A stretch of 64,000 bases of DNA, from contig NW_003314265.1 of NCBI RefSeq assembly GCF_000143415.4, forward strand, positions 758,405 to 822,404. The letters run 5' to 3'. This document shows positions 12,109 through 23,708 of the stretch, piece after piece. This DNA comes from Selaginella moellendorffii. Taxonomy: Eukaryota > Plantae > Lycopodiophyta. Each line of letters starts with the position of its first letter. The stretch's first letter is position 1. The position numbers were made by a program, and so were the translations under genes. A model generated the notes under the pieces. The model was given only the letters and a program-made list of their open reading frames with translations. It ran no database searches and was not told the DNA's origin.

Positions 12109-13702
12109 ATGGCGGCAGCTCGGATCTTGCCCAGATCGGCTAGGAATCGCTTCAATCCACGCCAGCCGCGATGGATGAGCGCTCTCTCCGGCAAGGAATC
12201 CGATGTCGCGATCGTTGGCGGGGGGATTGTAGGGCTAGCTACAGCGCGAGAGATCGTCTCGCGATTTCCCTGGGCGAGCGTCACAGTGGTGGAGAAGGAG
12301 AAGGATCTGGTCCCTCACCAGACGTCGCACAACAGGTGATCGATCATTCGATCGAAATATTTCTCTTTCCTGGGTTTTGATTGAGCTTGCAGTGTACAGT
12401 GGAGTGATTCATGCCGGGATTTACTACGAGCCCGGCAGCGCGATGGCGAAGCTGTGCGTGGATGGAGCTCGCCGTATGTACGAGTACTGCGAATCGAACA
12501 AGCTGCCGTATGAGAGGGTGGGCAAGCTGATCGTTGCCACTGCCGAGGAGGAGCTCCCCATTCTAAAGAATTTGTACGAGCGAGCTACTGCCAATAAGGT
12601 ACAAGGCATAGAGTTGCTTGATGGACACCAGGTACAAGAGCTGGAACCCAACGTTCGCTGCCTCCAAGCTCTTCATTCGCCCAACACTGGCATTGTGGAC
12701 TATGCTGCTGTAGGACGATCGTATGCTCGAGACTTTCTTCACAGTGGGAGGGGTGAAATTCACACCAAGTAAGTCGCCACCATTTCTTTCTTTCTTTCTT
12801 TTGCCTAGTTTCGTGACACTAGCTCGATCTTGGGCGTAGTTTTGAAGTGAAGAAGATCGATGCCGATGAGAACCGAGGTGTGGAACTTACAAGTCAGAGG
12901 AATGAGACTGTGAAGGCAAAGTGGCTCATCACTTGTGCCGGGCTCCATTCTGACTACGTAGCACGCTTGGCCGGTGGTGCGAAGGGACCGACTGTTCTTC
13001 CATTTCGTGGGAATTATCATGAGCTAAAGCCCGAGTACCGGAAGCTCGTCAAGCGCAATATCTATCCGGTACCCGATCCAAAGTAAGTATTTTGTGTTTT
13101 GTTTCTAGAGAATTGATCTCGAGCACCGAACAGGTTCCCCATGGTTGGCGTGCATTTGACACCTCGTGTTGATGGACGGGTGCTCATAGGCCCAAACTCG
13201 GCTCTAGCACTTTCGAAAGAAGGCTATGCATTTTGGAACTTGAACATCAAGGACGCGCTCACGTTTGCTGCTACCAAGGGCCTGTGGAAGCTTGTTCTTG
13301 GCAATCCCAAGATCGTTTTCCAAGAGATCTGGCGAGACATCAACATTAAAGCATTCGTCGGGGAGGCACAGAGGTATCAGAATCGTCAACAATGAATAGT
13401 TCACGAACTGTTGTTGCCGCAGATACTGCCCGAGTCTGAAAGTAGAACACACGACCAAAGGCTGGGCAGGAGTCCACGCCGTCGCCATCGACGACACAGG
13501 GAAAATCATCGGCGACTTTCTGTTCGAGAGCGGCAAAGCTGGTCGAGTTCTCAACGTAAGGAACGCTCCATCGCCGGCTTGCACCTCATCACTGGCAATC
13601 GCGACGACCGTCGTGGATCGGGCTGCTAGAGAATTCGACTGGAAGAACGAGGCGGACATTCTGGAACGAGAGCCACGATCCGCGAGCTCGGCTGGAGGAT
13701 AG
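12109..13702 (+). CDS. L2HGDH: L-2-hydroxyglutarate dehydrogenase/oxidase (FAD-dependent, LhgO/animal type), probable mitochondrial presequence
   Basis: [40 protein letters not shown]|[13 protein letters not shown] and [13 protein letters not shown]. 5 exons; TAG 13700-13702. Confidence 0.92.
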
Positions 13703-14038
13703 TAACTCCCTCGGCGCTTTGTGCAATAAGAACCAGCCAGCCGCGTTTCACGACAAAAGCCTAGAGACAAATCGACCGAGAGGGAAGAACATGGAAGAAA
13801 CGGAAAACACCACCGCGCAACATGAAGTAGAAAGCTCCTCCAGCTGAAAGCGAGAGTGGACCCGCGAGAAGGACGTGGCCTGTCATACGTGACGTCGGAG
13901 CCAATTTAAAAGCGACACTTTCACAACTATCACCGTCGTGGCGAGCAGGAGTGAATTCATCTCTACGGACCAACAGGCAGAGCAAAGCGATCAAGCGGCG
14001 AGCAGGGCCACCGGTTTCCAAGTTCTAAGCTCCAAGAG

Positions 14039-14718
14039 ATGAGGAACTCGTCGCCGCTGCTGCTGCTGCTTGTGTCACTGTGGATCCAAATCGCGTCCCA
14101 GCTCGTGGGAGCTTACACCACCTACATTGTCGGGGGCGACACTGGCTGGACCATCCCAACGGCGAGCAACACCATCGTGAATTACACCGCCTGGGCTTCC
14201 AGCTTGACAGCCTCGCTCGGAGATTCACTGGGTAAGCCTCTCTCAAGCTAGCTAGCGAGCACTAAAAGCAAAGTTCTCTTTTCTTTTCGGCAGTGTTTCG
14301 ATATGATCCTAGCCACACTGTCGTCCAGACCAACAATCTGACGACTTACCAGTCGTGCGACGCCACCGCCGACGACGAGACGCTCCAGATCTGGTCCTCG
14401 AGCGGCTCCAGTACCGTGATGCTCACCACCACCGGCACCACGTACTTCTTTTGCTCCGCCGACGATGGCTCCCACTGCCGAGACTCGGGAATGAGATTCG
14501 CGATCCAGGTTAGCTTTGGCCAGGGACTGCCAGCCACGCCAAAGGCTGCGCCTTCTCCCCAGGATGGAAGTGACGACGGCGACGACTTAAACTTTCCCAA
14601 CTTTGATAAGTTTGCTCCGCCACCACCGCCACCGGCGGACTCCTCCTCCGCCTCGCTTCGGTGCTTCCAGCTTGCGTGGGTTCTAGCCGCGGCGCTCGTG
14701 CTTGGCCGGCTTGCGTGA
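14039..14718 (+). CDS. Phytocyanin (uclacyanin/cupredoxin-like), GPI-anchored, 2 exons
   Basis: Signal peptide, YIVGGDTGW, NYTAWA, HTV and CSADDGSHCRDSGM (His/Cys/His/Met); Pro-rich linker and hydrophobic C-terminus. Confidence 0.92.
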
Positions 14719-14854
14719 CCTCTCTCTCACACACACTAGAGAACACAGGATTTAGAAACATCTGGGAACGCGGTGAAAAGAATTTGTAGAGTCGATTATA
14801 TAACACGCAGCCTGATTTTTGGAGTGCATACCAAGTCCGAAAGAGATACTACTG

Positions 14855-16022
14855 CTATGTGCCAAGCAGGAATCCAAGCACAATGCCAAGGAGAGCGACC
14901 AGGAGGACTACCAGGACGGAGAATCCAGCGTTCTGTGCGGCCGATCGGTTCCTGTTTGCTGTCAAACTTTCCTGAAGAAACAAAGCTAAAGTCGCTGCAA
15001 GCAAGGCAAGTTTTATGTGTTACCAGTTCTTGCTGCAAGCGTTGGCTCAATGCAACAGCGGCGTTTCGTTCTTCCGAAACGGTTGTCAAAGCCGCATTTA
15101 CCTGCAAATAAAGTGAGCTAGGACAACGAGGAAAATAAGGAATGACAGCTCAAACCTCTTGGATTTTCTCCTTCAGATAACCAGCCTGGAAGAACAAAGG
15201 AAGAACGTAAACAAAACTGAATCATACTGATAACACATACGTCATGAGAATTCGGCACAGCTCCATTGCTCGTTTCTTTCGCAGGGAACGCGAATGACAC
15301 CCTCATCTTGGTCTCGAAGATCTCGTTCCCCAGGTCTTTTGTGAACTGCATCGCCATCAAAGCTGCGAAGAGAAAAATCGCCACTACTTACCATTTCCTG
15401 GTTGATGTCACTCGCCAGGAATTCATCCGGAGCAACAACACTTTGGATCAAAAACTTGTCTTTGCTCTGCCCGTCCACCGGTTTTCGATGTTGTGCTCGC
15501 ATAGTAACTGCAACAAGTTTCTCTTATGGAAAGAGCCAACATTTTTATAGAGGGAGAGGATTACCACTAATTTCAAGAGCACTCCGTGGTTGGAGCACAC
15601 CCGTGCTGGGACTTACACAAAAACTCTTGGGAGATGTTGTTTTAACCTGCAACAACAAACAAGAAATCCTCGATCAAACATTAACTATAACAACAAGCAA
15701 GAAATTCTCGATCAAACAAACACTAACAAGAAACAAGAAACTCTCGATCAAACAAAAACTAACAGCAAACAAGAAATTCGAGATCAAACGAAGAAGCTTG
15801 ATACCTTGAAAGCAACATAATGCTTGGTGTCATTCCCCAGCTTAAGCTTGCACGACAATTGCCGATCCAACTCGACTGTTCATCGCAGCCGCCAAAAAAG
15901 AAACCTTCAGATCCAGTAACACAAGCGAAATTCCGCTAGATCCACTCACACGGGAACTGCAACTCGCGAGGCTCCACACGAAGAAGCCCCGCACCGTCGG
16001 TGGAAGCGCTCTCTACAGCCAT
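14855..16022 (-). CDS. VAMP-associated protein (VAP27/PVA; MSP domain, coiled coil, C-terminal TM)
   Basis: Spliced translation MAVES..LLRVEPRELQFPFELDRQLSCKLKLGNDTKHYVAFK, ..PSTGVLQPR, SKDKFLIQSVV; TM tail GFSVLVVLLVALLGIVLGFLLGT ends at TAG 14855-14857. Confidence 0.92.
15651..15790. repeat. Intronic minisatellite, about 4 units of 36-39 bp, in the VAP gene
   Basis: The core AACAAGAAA(T/C)nCTCGATCAAAC recurs four times with variants. Confidence 0.85.
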
Positions 16023-16029
16023 GATCCGC

Positions 16030-16078
16030 AAACCCTAAAGCCAGCTGTCCAACCCCCAAATCCTTCACAAAACCCTAA
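16030..16078. promoter_or_regulatory. Two telo-boxes (AAACCCTAA) in the VAP 5' region
   Basis: Exact AAACCCTAA at 16030-16038 and 16070-16078. Confidence 0.5.
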
Positions 16079-16539
16079 AAAGTGTCAAATGCCACGTGGT
16101 CAGCGAGGGTTTTACCACTTCCACATATGGCGGGGTTGGTCTTTTAAAATCCAATTGCCACGGGTCAAACGGCGCCCCCGTTTTGTTTTGTTACTGTTTT
16201 TCTTTTCGCGATTGGTGCGTTGACATTTCACCCCGTCCCGTCCGGAACAGAAAAGTCAACGCCCAAGCAGCAGTCTTTTAGTTTTTTTTCTCGCGCCTGT
16301 TGGGCATCTCAACATTAATACAGCCGGAAAGAAGGACAAAGAAGCCCGCTATGGAGTTGACACGAAATTGCCAATGGCTGACTTTGGTAGCCCCGAGCGG
16401 CCTATGGTTGGGCTCGCGCGTAGGTCACGCACGGATGATGGATCATTGCTAGCTCCTGATGTAATCGCTCGTAAGTTGCCTCGAGATCTTTATTTGTCCT
16501 CGCCCTCTCCTCTCGCCGCTAGCGCTTTCAAAGCACAGC

Positions 16540-18738
16540 ATGGAGAGTCTCGCCAAGCTCTATTATGGCGGCCTCGTCTTCTTCCTCCACCTCCATTCCT
16601 CCGCCGCGCAGAGCGTCGGCTCGGTCCCCAGAGGATTTCGCTTCAGCCCACCAGCAGGCGCTGGAGATTTCTCGGCCTTCCTCGTCAGCTCCAACAGGGA
16701 CTTCGCCGCTGGCTTCTCGCGAGATCCAGCAGCAGGATACTTCGCGCTCGCCGTCGCTGGGATGAATGCCAATTCGCAGCCGCTCGACACCATCTGGATG
16801 GCCAACAGAGACGATCCCTTCCGTGCTACCCCGGAGCTCCTCTTCTCCGGCTCCCTCCTTGTCACCATCCACCAAAACGTCCAGTGGAATTCCTCGTCAT
16901 CCACCACTAGTCCGTCCTCCTCCTCGAGCGGAGACTTTCTCGAGCTCTTGGATTCCGGGAACTTGAGAGTCGTTTCTCGATCGTCGTCGTCTAGTCCTCC
17001 AAGCGATGATCAAGCTGGCGTGGTGTGGCAGAGCTTCGATCACCCAACAGACACGCTGCTCCAGGGCCAGAACTTCACCCAGGCCATGCGGCTCGTCTCC
17101 TCCATCTCCAACCAAGATCCACGCTCTGGATCCTACTCGCTCCAGCTCCAGGGAGATCGGATACTCCTCCTGGCAGGCTCCGAGCCATACTGGACCGAGG
17201 CCGCGCTCAAAGAGCACGAGAATGGTTCCGGATCCACCATCTACATGCGAATCCAGCCCGACGGCTACATCGGCCTCTACCAGAGCGAGCAAACTCGCGT
17301 CCACTTCGTGCCATTCTCGAGCTTGAACAGGGCGTCCACGAATTTCACCCGGCGAGCTCGCCTGGGTCCCGATGGAAACCTCCGCGTTTACTACTGGCAG
17401 GGCGGCCGGATGGTGGAAGACTATGCTGCTCTCCGAGATCCCTGTGAGTTCCCGGATTCTTGCGGAAGCTATGGCATCTGTTCTTCCGAGCTCCAAAACA
17501 AGAGCTGCAAATGCCCGGTCGGGGTAACTGCAGATGGAAACTCCACCATCGCCTTCCTGCCTGTGGATTCGCGAGACGCCGCAAAAGGATGCCGGAGTGA
17601 TGCCGCGGATGCCAATTCTTGCATGGAGACTCCGTCCAAGAACTCGTCAGAGGATGATTTCCTGATGATCCAGGGCGTGGACTACTTCGCGATCCGATTT
17701 GTCGTCGCGGCATTTGGTGTATCCACAGTGACCCTGGAGGAATGCCGCGCCTTGTGCCTCGGGAATTGCTCGTGCAAGGCCTTCTTCTTCCGGAACGATT
17801 CCAGCGTCTGCTTCCACACGGATTCCATCCGAAGCATGCTGCCCAGCTCCAACCCGCACAACCTGGGATTCATCCGGATCGCCAAGAGAGGCCGATCGCA
17901 CCATACCTCGAGAGCCCTGCAAATCTCCATCCTCGTGCTGGCTGTGCTCTTGGCCATCGCCGCTTTGATCTTCGCCTGCTATTACCGCCGATCCAGACGA
18001 AGGGACGAGAACAAGGAAGAGGTGAATCACCACTCGGACGAAGAGGCCTTCTTGGAGACGATCTCAGGTCTTCCCAAGCGCTTCCCCTTCTCCGAGATCG
18101 AATCCGCCAAGAACACCCGGAGAATATCGGTCGTCCAGCTCCAGGGATGCTCGCCGCGGGAATTCCAGGCCGAGCTGGCCGCCATCGCTGGCCTGGGAAG
18201 CCACTCCAACCTGGTGGCGCTGCTCGGCTACTGCATCCACGGCAAGAAGCGCTACATCATCTACGACGGCAGCACCAGCGGCAGCCGATCGCTCGACGAA
18301 ATCCTCAAGAACCCTGGATTGGAGCGCGCGGCCCTGGAATGGAGCGCCAAGAAGGAGATCCTGCTGGGAATCGCGAGAGGCCTCGCCTTCCTCCACGCCA
18401 ATGGAGGCGTCCACGGCGATCTCGTCCCCGGCAATGTCCTCCTGGACCTGGAGCACGGCGGGAGCTCGAGCCCTAGGCTGGCGCGCTATGGCCTGGCCTC
18501 CCTCATGCGTCGGCCGCCCCCAAACCCCAGCGATGACGTGCGCGCGTTTGGCGCCATTGTCGCGGCGCTGCTCGACGGCGGCGATGGCGCGCCCGCGGAA
18601 GATCAACGGCTGCGCGAGATCTGGAAGTGTTGCGCCCAGCAAGAGGCCGTGCTGAGGCCGTCCATGGCCATGGTGGCCGAGACGCTCTCCTCTATTTTGC
18701 CGCCAAAGGCATCGTTTGGAATCCAAAGTTTAAATTAG
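16540..18738 (+). CDS. G-type lectin S-domain receptor-like protein (B-lectin/EGF/PAN/TM) with a degenerate kinase domain; intronless
   Basis: IWMANRD, LLDSGNL, WQSFDHPTDTLL, EGF CEFPDSCGSYGIC, PAN ECRALCLGNCSCKAFFF, a TM helix, then SD2-like FLETISGLPKRF followed by an incomplete kinase. Confidence 0.92.
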   Translation: MESLAKLYYGGLVFFLHLHSSAAQSVGSVPRGFRFSPPAGAGDFSAFLVSSNRDFAAGFSRDPAAGYFALAVAGMNANSQPLDTIWMANRDDPFRATPELLFSGSLLVTIHQNVQWNSSSSTTSPSSSSSGDFLELLDSGNLRVVSRSSSSSPPSDDQAGVVWQSFDHPTDTLLQGQNFTQAMRLVSSISNQDPRSGSYSLQLQGDRILLLAGSEPYWTEAALKEHENGSGSTIYMRIQPDGYIGLYQSEQTRVHFVPFSSLNRASTNFTRRARLGPDGNLRVYYWQGGRMVEDYAALRDPCEFPDSCGSYGICSSELQNKSCKCPVGVTADGNSTIAFLPVDSRDAAKGCRSDAADANSCMETPSKNSSEDDFLMIQGVDYFAIRFVVAAFGVSTVTLEECRALCLGNCSCKAFFFRNDSSVCFHTDSIRSMLPSSNPHNLGFIRIAKRGRSHHTSRALQISILVLAVLLAIAALIFACYYRRSRRRDENKEEVNHHSDEEAFLETISGLPKRFPFSEIESAKNTRRISVVQLQGCSPREFQAELAAIAGLGSHSNLVALLGYCIHGKKRYIIYDGSTSGSRSLDEILKNPGLERAALEWSAKKEILLGIARGLAFLHANGGVHGDLVPGNVLLDLEHGGSSSPRLARYGLASLMRRPPPNPSDDVRAFGAIVAALLDGGDGAPAEDQRLREIWKCCAQQEAVLRPSMAMVAETLSSILPPKASFGIQSLN

Positions 18739-19028
18739 AGTGGGTTGTGTTAAACTCGGACTAAACCTAGCAAGGATTAGGGCATAGGCGTGATTATAAA
18801 CTTTCTATTTAAATTGTAGGGCATAGGCGCATTAACTTGTTGGGTTGTCTCGAAGTATAAGTCATATTCCAACCCTGTAAGTTTTGGTAAATTTTTGTTT
18901 TGATAGTACGGACATCACTAATGGTACGAACATGATGGTTTCATTTTTTTATTTAATAGTACGGACATCATGGTCTAAAACAAAACAGGTAACTGTTATT
19001 TTTGAAGGGGTAGTACCGACGTATTGTC

Positions 19029-20356
19029 CTAGGACAGTGAAATCGTCTTGTATCCCGCAGCGATGGAGTCTCTCACCGCGCACAGCACCGCCTGCGTCTT
19101 CTTGGCCTTGTCGTGCCACCCGCGCTCCACCGCGCCGCCACCGCGCTTGATCCCGGACACGATCCTCGCGAACTCGCGCACCATGGCCGCCTCCTGCGGC
19201 ACCTCGTTGTCCACCACCACGTCCCGCGACTCCAGCCGCCACGTCAGATCCATGTCCGCGAACCCGGCATTGGACAGCACCCGGTACGCCGCCCGCGCGT
19301 CGCTGAAGGGTATGGCGAAGTCGTCGCACGCGAGCGCGCCCGTCGTGCCCTGCACCGTGACGTGCATTGTCATGAAGGCGTGGAAGGAGCAGCTAAATGT
19401 CGCCACTGTTGTCTCGCCCTCTTCCTGTTCGTCCTGTTCGTCCTGGCGATTCTTCTTTATCCACACCATCCTCGCGGAACAGGCGGTGATCACGCCGCTC
19501 TCGTTGATGGTGGCGTTGGGCAAGGCCGTCACGAGATCCGGGAGGCGGTAGTCGAGCGCCCACAAGATGGCGCGGATGCAGTACCAGCCGATATCGCCCA
19601 GCGCCCCCAGCTCGTCCAGCCCGGCTTTCACTCGGATATTGTTCTTGAGGAAGCCCGGGAAGAGGATTTGAGCCGGGAAGCTGAAAGTCGACCGGACCTG
19701 TGGAGTTAAAAAAGTCAAGAAAAAAATGAGTTTGGATCACGATGAATCAAAGATGGTGAAAAAAAAAACAAACAGAAGCAGCCAAATGAACGCTACAGCA
19801 AGCTCAAAAGATCTAAAGCACTGTAGCTCAAGAACACCTGGCATGGAAACAAGAAACGAAACAGAGAGAACTTTCGGAAGGAGAAAAGTACCTCTTTGAT
19901 GTCCCCGAGGGCCTGCAAATCCTTGTGCATGCGCTCGGTCCGCGGGTGATGCATCCACATAGTCCCGTCCATGAGCTGCAGCCCCTTGCTCTCGCAGGCG
20001 TCCACCATCTTGTCCAGATCCTCGTTGTTGAGCGACAGTGGCTTCTCCAGCAGAATGTGCTTCCCCTTGGCAGCCGCTTTGAGCACCCATTCCAAATGGA
20101 GCCCCGTCGGCAGAGGAACGTAGACGGCGTCCACGGCGTCGTCGTCCAGGAGTTCATCGTAGCTGCCATAGACTTTAGCCGAAGAGGGGAATCCGTTGGC
20201 TTTGGCGAACTCCTGTGCCTTTTCCAGGGACCGGCTGGCAATCGCGTAGAGCTCAACCCCGGACCCTGCTAGTAGAATTGCTCTGGAAACCTTTCTGGCA
20301 ATGCTTGCGCATCCCAGGATGCCGAGCTTCACAGCGGGATTGACAACCTCCCCCAT
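19029..20356 (-). CDS. Gfo/Idh/MocA-family NAD(P)-dependent oxidoreductase, 2 exons
   Basis: GILGCASIARK, VDAVYVPLPT, HILLEKP, MDGTMWMHHPR and GALGDIGWYCIR. Exons 20356-19892 and 19697-19029. Confidence 0.93.
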
Positions 20357-20472
20357 AGCTGCTGCTGCTGTCTGGACCCCAGAAGTCGAAGATATATATA
20401 TATATATACGATCGCTGACCCGGTGTTGACCCCCGGAAGAAAAAAATTGACCAGAGAAACGGAAAACTAGAC

Positions 20473-23400
20473 TTATCTGTGCGACGGTGTTGGAGCGCTC
20501 GCCCGAGCGACGAGACTCGGAGCAAGGCTGCCTTGCAAGCACGGGGCGATGTCCAGAGGCACGAGACTGGTGCCGTCGAACACCAAGTTTACGCCCGGAA
20601 GAGGGACGTCTCCTACGTCCAGATCGTCGAGAGGGTCTGACTTGTTTGCAGAGGACGGCTCGCTTGGTGATTGATCGATTGGAGCAAGCGAGAAAGCTCT
20701 GCATGACAGAATTTAGTCGTGCCTGAAACACAGGCTATAGTTTTACACTACCTCAAGATATCTCCGTCGAAGCTCATCATGCTGGAATGCCTCCTCCTGC
20801 TGCGTGGGTTCTTCTTGGGCGACGGGCTATCAGGCTCCGCAAACGGGTTCCACCGGCTGCTAAAGTTGACAGTAAGCTCTGGCCTCCTGCCCGTCTCAGT
20901 CTTTTCTGCCGTATAAGCAAGCTTCGCCACTAGTCCATTTGCCTGGTACTCTCCAATAAAGTCATGAAGCATCTTCTTCAGCTGCTGCATTGCATCCTGG
21001 TGCTTCGGAAGCGAAAACAAGTGGAACAGCTCGCAAGAAACGGCACCCTCGCAGACAGCCTTGCACAGCTCGGTGTCGGAAAGAGGCACTCCGAACTCCA
21101 CAGCCTGAGGGACCCAGCGCACACTGTCTTCGAGGCTTCCCACCCGCAGAAAACGAATGTATCCAACAGTCTTCAAGCTGAGCTCGTCTGCAGACTCCAT
21201 ATACGACTGGAGTGTCTCGTCGTCGCTGCCGCTAAGGTGACTCTTAAACCTGTCTTCGCTCAGCGGAAGTGGAACGTCCACCGTGACAGGAGAGGAGTCC
21301 GGCCCTTCTTGAAAAGGCTGCACGAGGACTGCTGAATGCCTCAGCACCGAATTCAAGCCATGCAAGAGAACTGCTCCCGGAATCATGGTCCCCTCCAAGC
21401 GGCCACCTATCCCAGCAAAAGTAGACCCGTCCCACGTCCACACTAAAGCCTTGCTGCAGCCTGCCAAAGGTGGTGGAAGCAATCGCAGTCGTAGGCCTCT
21501 TAGAAGAACGACAGACACGGGGCCACACTCGAAGACAGTGTACAGAAGCAGCTTCATCCACGGCGTCACGGCAGCTCGAGATGGAGGACCGAAGTGCACT
21601 GGACCCGCCGCGTTATACGAGGCAACTAGAGGTGGACAAGCCAGCGGGATCATAGAAACGACGAAGCTGTAGTCTCGCTGGAAGAGACGTTGAAGCGTGG
21701 CTGAGGCCAGACTTGCCAGGCTTTCACATCGAAGAACATCCACTCTGTAGTATTTCTTCCTTTTCCCCCGGACAATTCCTGCCAGCCCCGTGTCACTTGA
21801 CAAGCTAAGCCTGTTGGCGGTCGTCCCTTGCCCGTTGATGAAGGAAAACTCTGACTCAAAGTCTGAAGCGTTCTCTAGCTCTCCATTAACAACCCCAGGA
21901 CCTGCCTCCTCTAGCTCGTCGTCAGTGTCTGTAGCTGTTCCTCCGGACCTTAGACATTCCAATGCGTAACGAAGGCTTAAAGCATGGTCGACGAACTGCT
22001 GAAGCTCCCCCTCAAGCTTTGTACTTTCTAAAGATTTCAAGTCGCTGCAGAATTCAGCAATATTGCTGTCACCGAGCTTACCAGCCTCATATAGAGTCAC
22101 CGCATGATTTTTCAGCCCTGCACACGTTCAGAAGCCGAGTAAATCGGAGATACACTAGCAAGGAGAATACCTGGTGAAAAAGATCCCATCATGAGGTACG
22201 ATGTCATGTTTGCGTCTATTAAAAATGCAACTCGAATTCCGGACTTGGAACGGGGTTGGTCTCCTCCACCTCCGTCGTGTGACGGACTCTGACCTCCTGG
22301 ACTTGTAAAGAAAGAAAGACCTTCGCCTTCGCTTCCAGGTGATCCGGGTTGATTGGAGTCATTCAATAGTGCTGCTGGATCGAGCATTTTAGTCGCCCAT
22401 CCAAGGCGACAGGCAACCGAAACGGCAGCTTCTAGCTGATCCAGATCGACCTGTAATGTGGCTGCCAGTTCGGAAATAGTTGCGTGTTCACTTGAGGCAA
22501 CGAAAACGGCATACAAAACTCTGTACAACACAAAACTAGACTCAAGACCACAAGAATCCTTATAACTTACTCCTCAATAGGATCCTCGTATGACTGTTCT
22601 CGATTGGAGACAAATCCTTCCAAGTTCGATACTGAAGAAAAATAATTCTTAGGACAAGAGGCTGCAAATGAAGAAAACAATAACCTTGAAAACGGTCATC
22701 TGGAAGCACCAGAATGTCGAAGTAGACGAGTCCCCTGCGATACAAACTCCGCACGACCTTCGGATCAAACTCGCAGTACAGTTTTATGTCCTCCTTACAA
22801 ATCTTGTCGATCACGTACAGCTCCTCTGGAGACAATTTCTAAAAACAACAGTAAGCTCTCTAAGAAAGCAGCTAATAAAGAAACCATACCCGATACTCCT
22901 CCAGAGAAAGATTAACCACGCAAACAGTCCACCATGGTTCTATAGCAATATCCACCGGCACGGTCGGCAGCATATCTTTCACAATAGACTTGTTCATCTT
23001 CCACATAAACTTCTGCAAAAGTAGCAACGTGAAATATCTTTCGAAGAAAGTGAGGAACGTAATCACTAAAATACCTTTCCTCTAGACTTATTCATGGTAT
23101 CTATAAACTCGTTTCTTCCTATCCCGGTCAATCTCAGAGCATCAGCCGCACTAAAATTGGGAATACTATCGTATGGTTTCTCTGATGATCGCAAAAAAAG
23201 AGAGGTAAAACCACTGCCACTACGAAAGAAGAAAATCCTTACCGTTTCTCATCACCTCGTAAAGCATATCGCAGTAGTATCGAAATGGAGAAACTCGCAT
23301 GAGTCGGCATATGTTCTCGGAGAGGTGATACGGGAAAAGCTGTCCAGAGAAAGCAACATTGTGTGAGAAAAGAGTCTCTCAAATGATAACGTGAAGGTTG

Positions 23401-23708
23401 GAATGCACACCGCAAGGTTCTTACGTAGGTAGCGCATTAGATCGTCGTAGTACTCGCCTTCTCTACAGGCATTCCGAGCGTGGCATTCGCTCCACTTCAA
23501 TCGCTTCTTGATGCAGTACTCTTTGATCCTGCGAGCCCAAGCTTAAAGCCTAAAACTGGAAAATAGAATCGATCGCTTACTTTCTGTGCCAGTCATCCTT
23601 GGAAGCCATGAAGAGCTTGAGACGCTTGGGAAGATTTTCCCATGTCACTTCCTCTTGGATAGCCTTGACTATGAGCTGCTCTTCCACATTCGTGGTGAGA
23701 CGATTCAT
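20473..23708 (-). CDS. FAM91A1: FAM91A1 homolog, multi-exon
   Basis: [69 protein letters not shown] and DVLRCESL. Last exon [10 protein letters not shown] ends at TAA 20473-20475. Confidence 0.93.

Noticed and set aside
19793-20731. 312-aa ORF implying a FAM91A1-oxidoreductase fusion
   Set aside because: The FAM91A1 last exon is in another frame and stops at 20473; oxidoreductase homology starts at ATG 20356.
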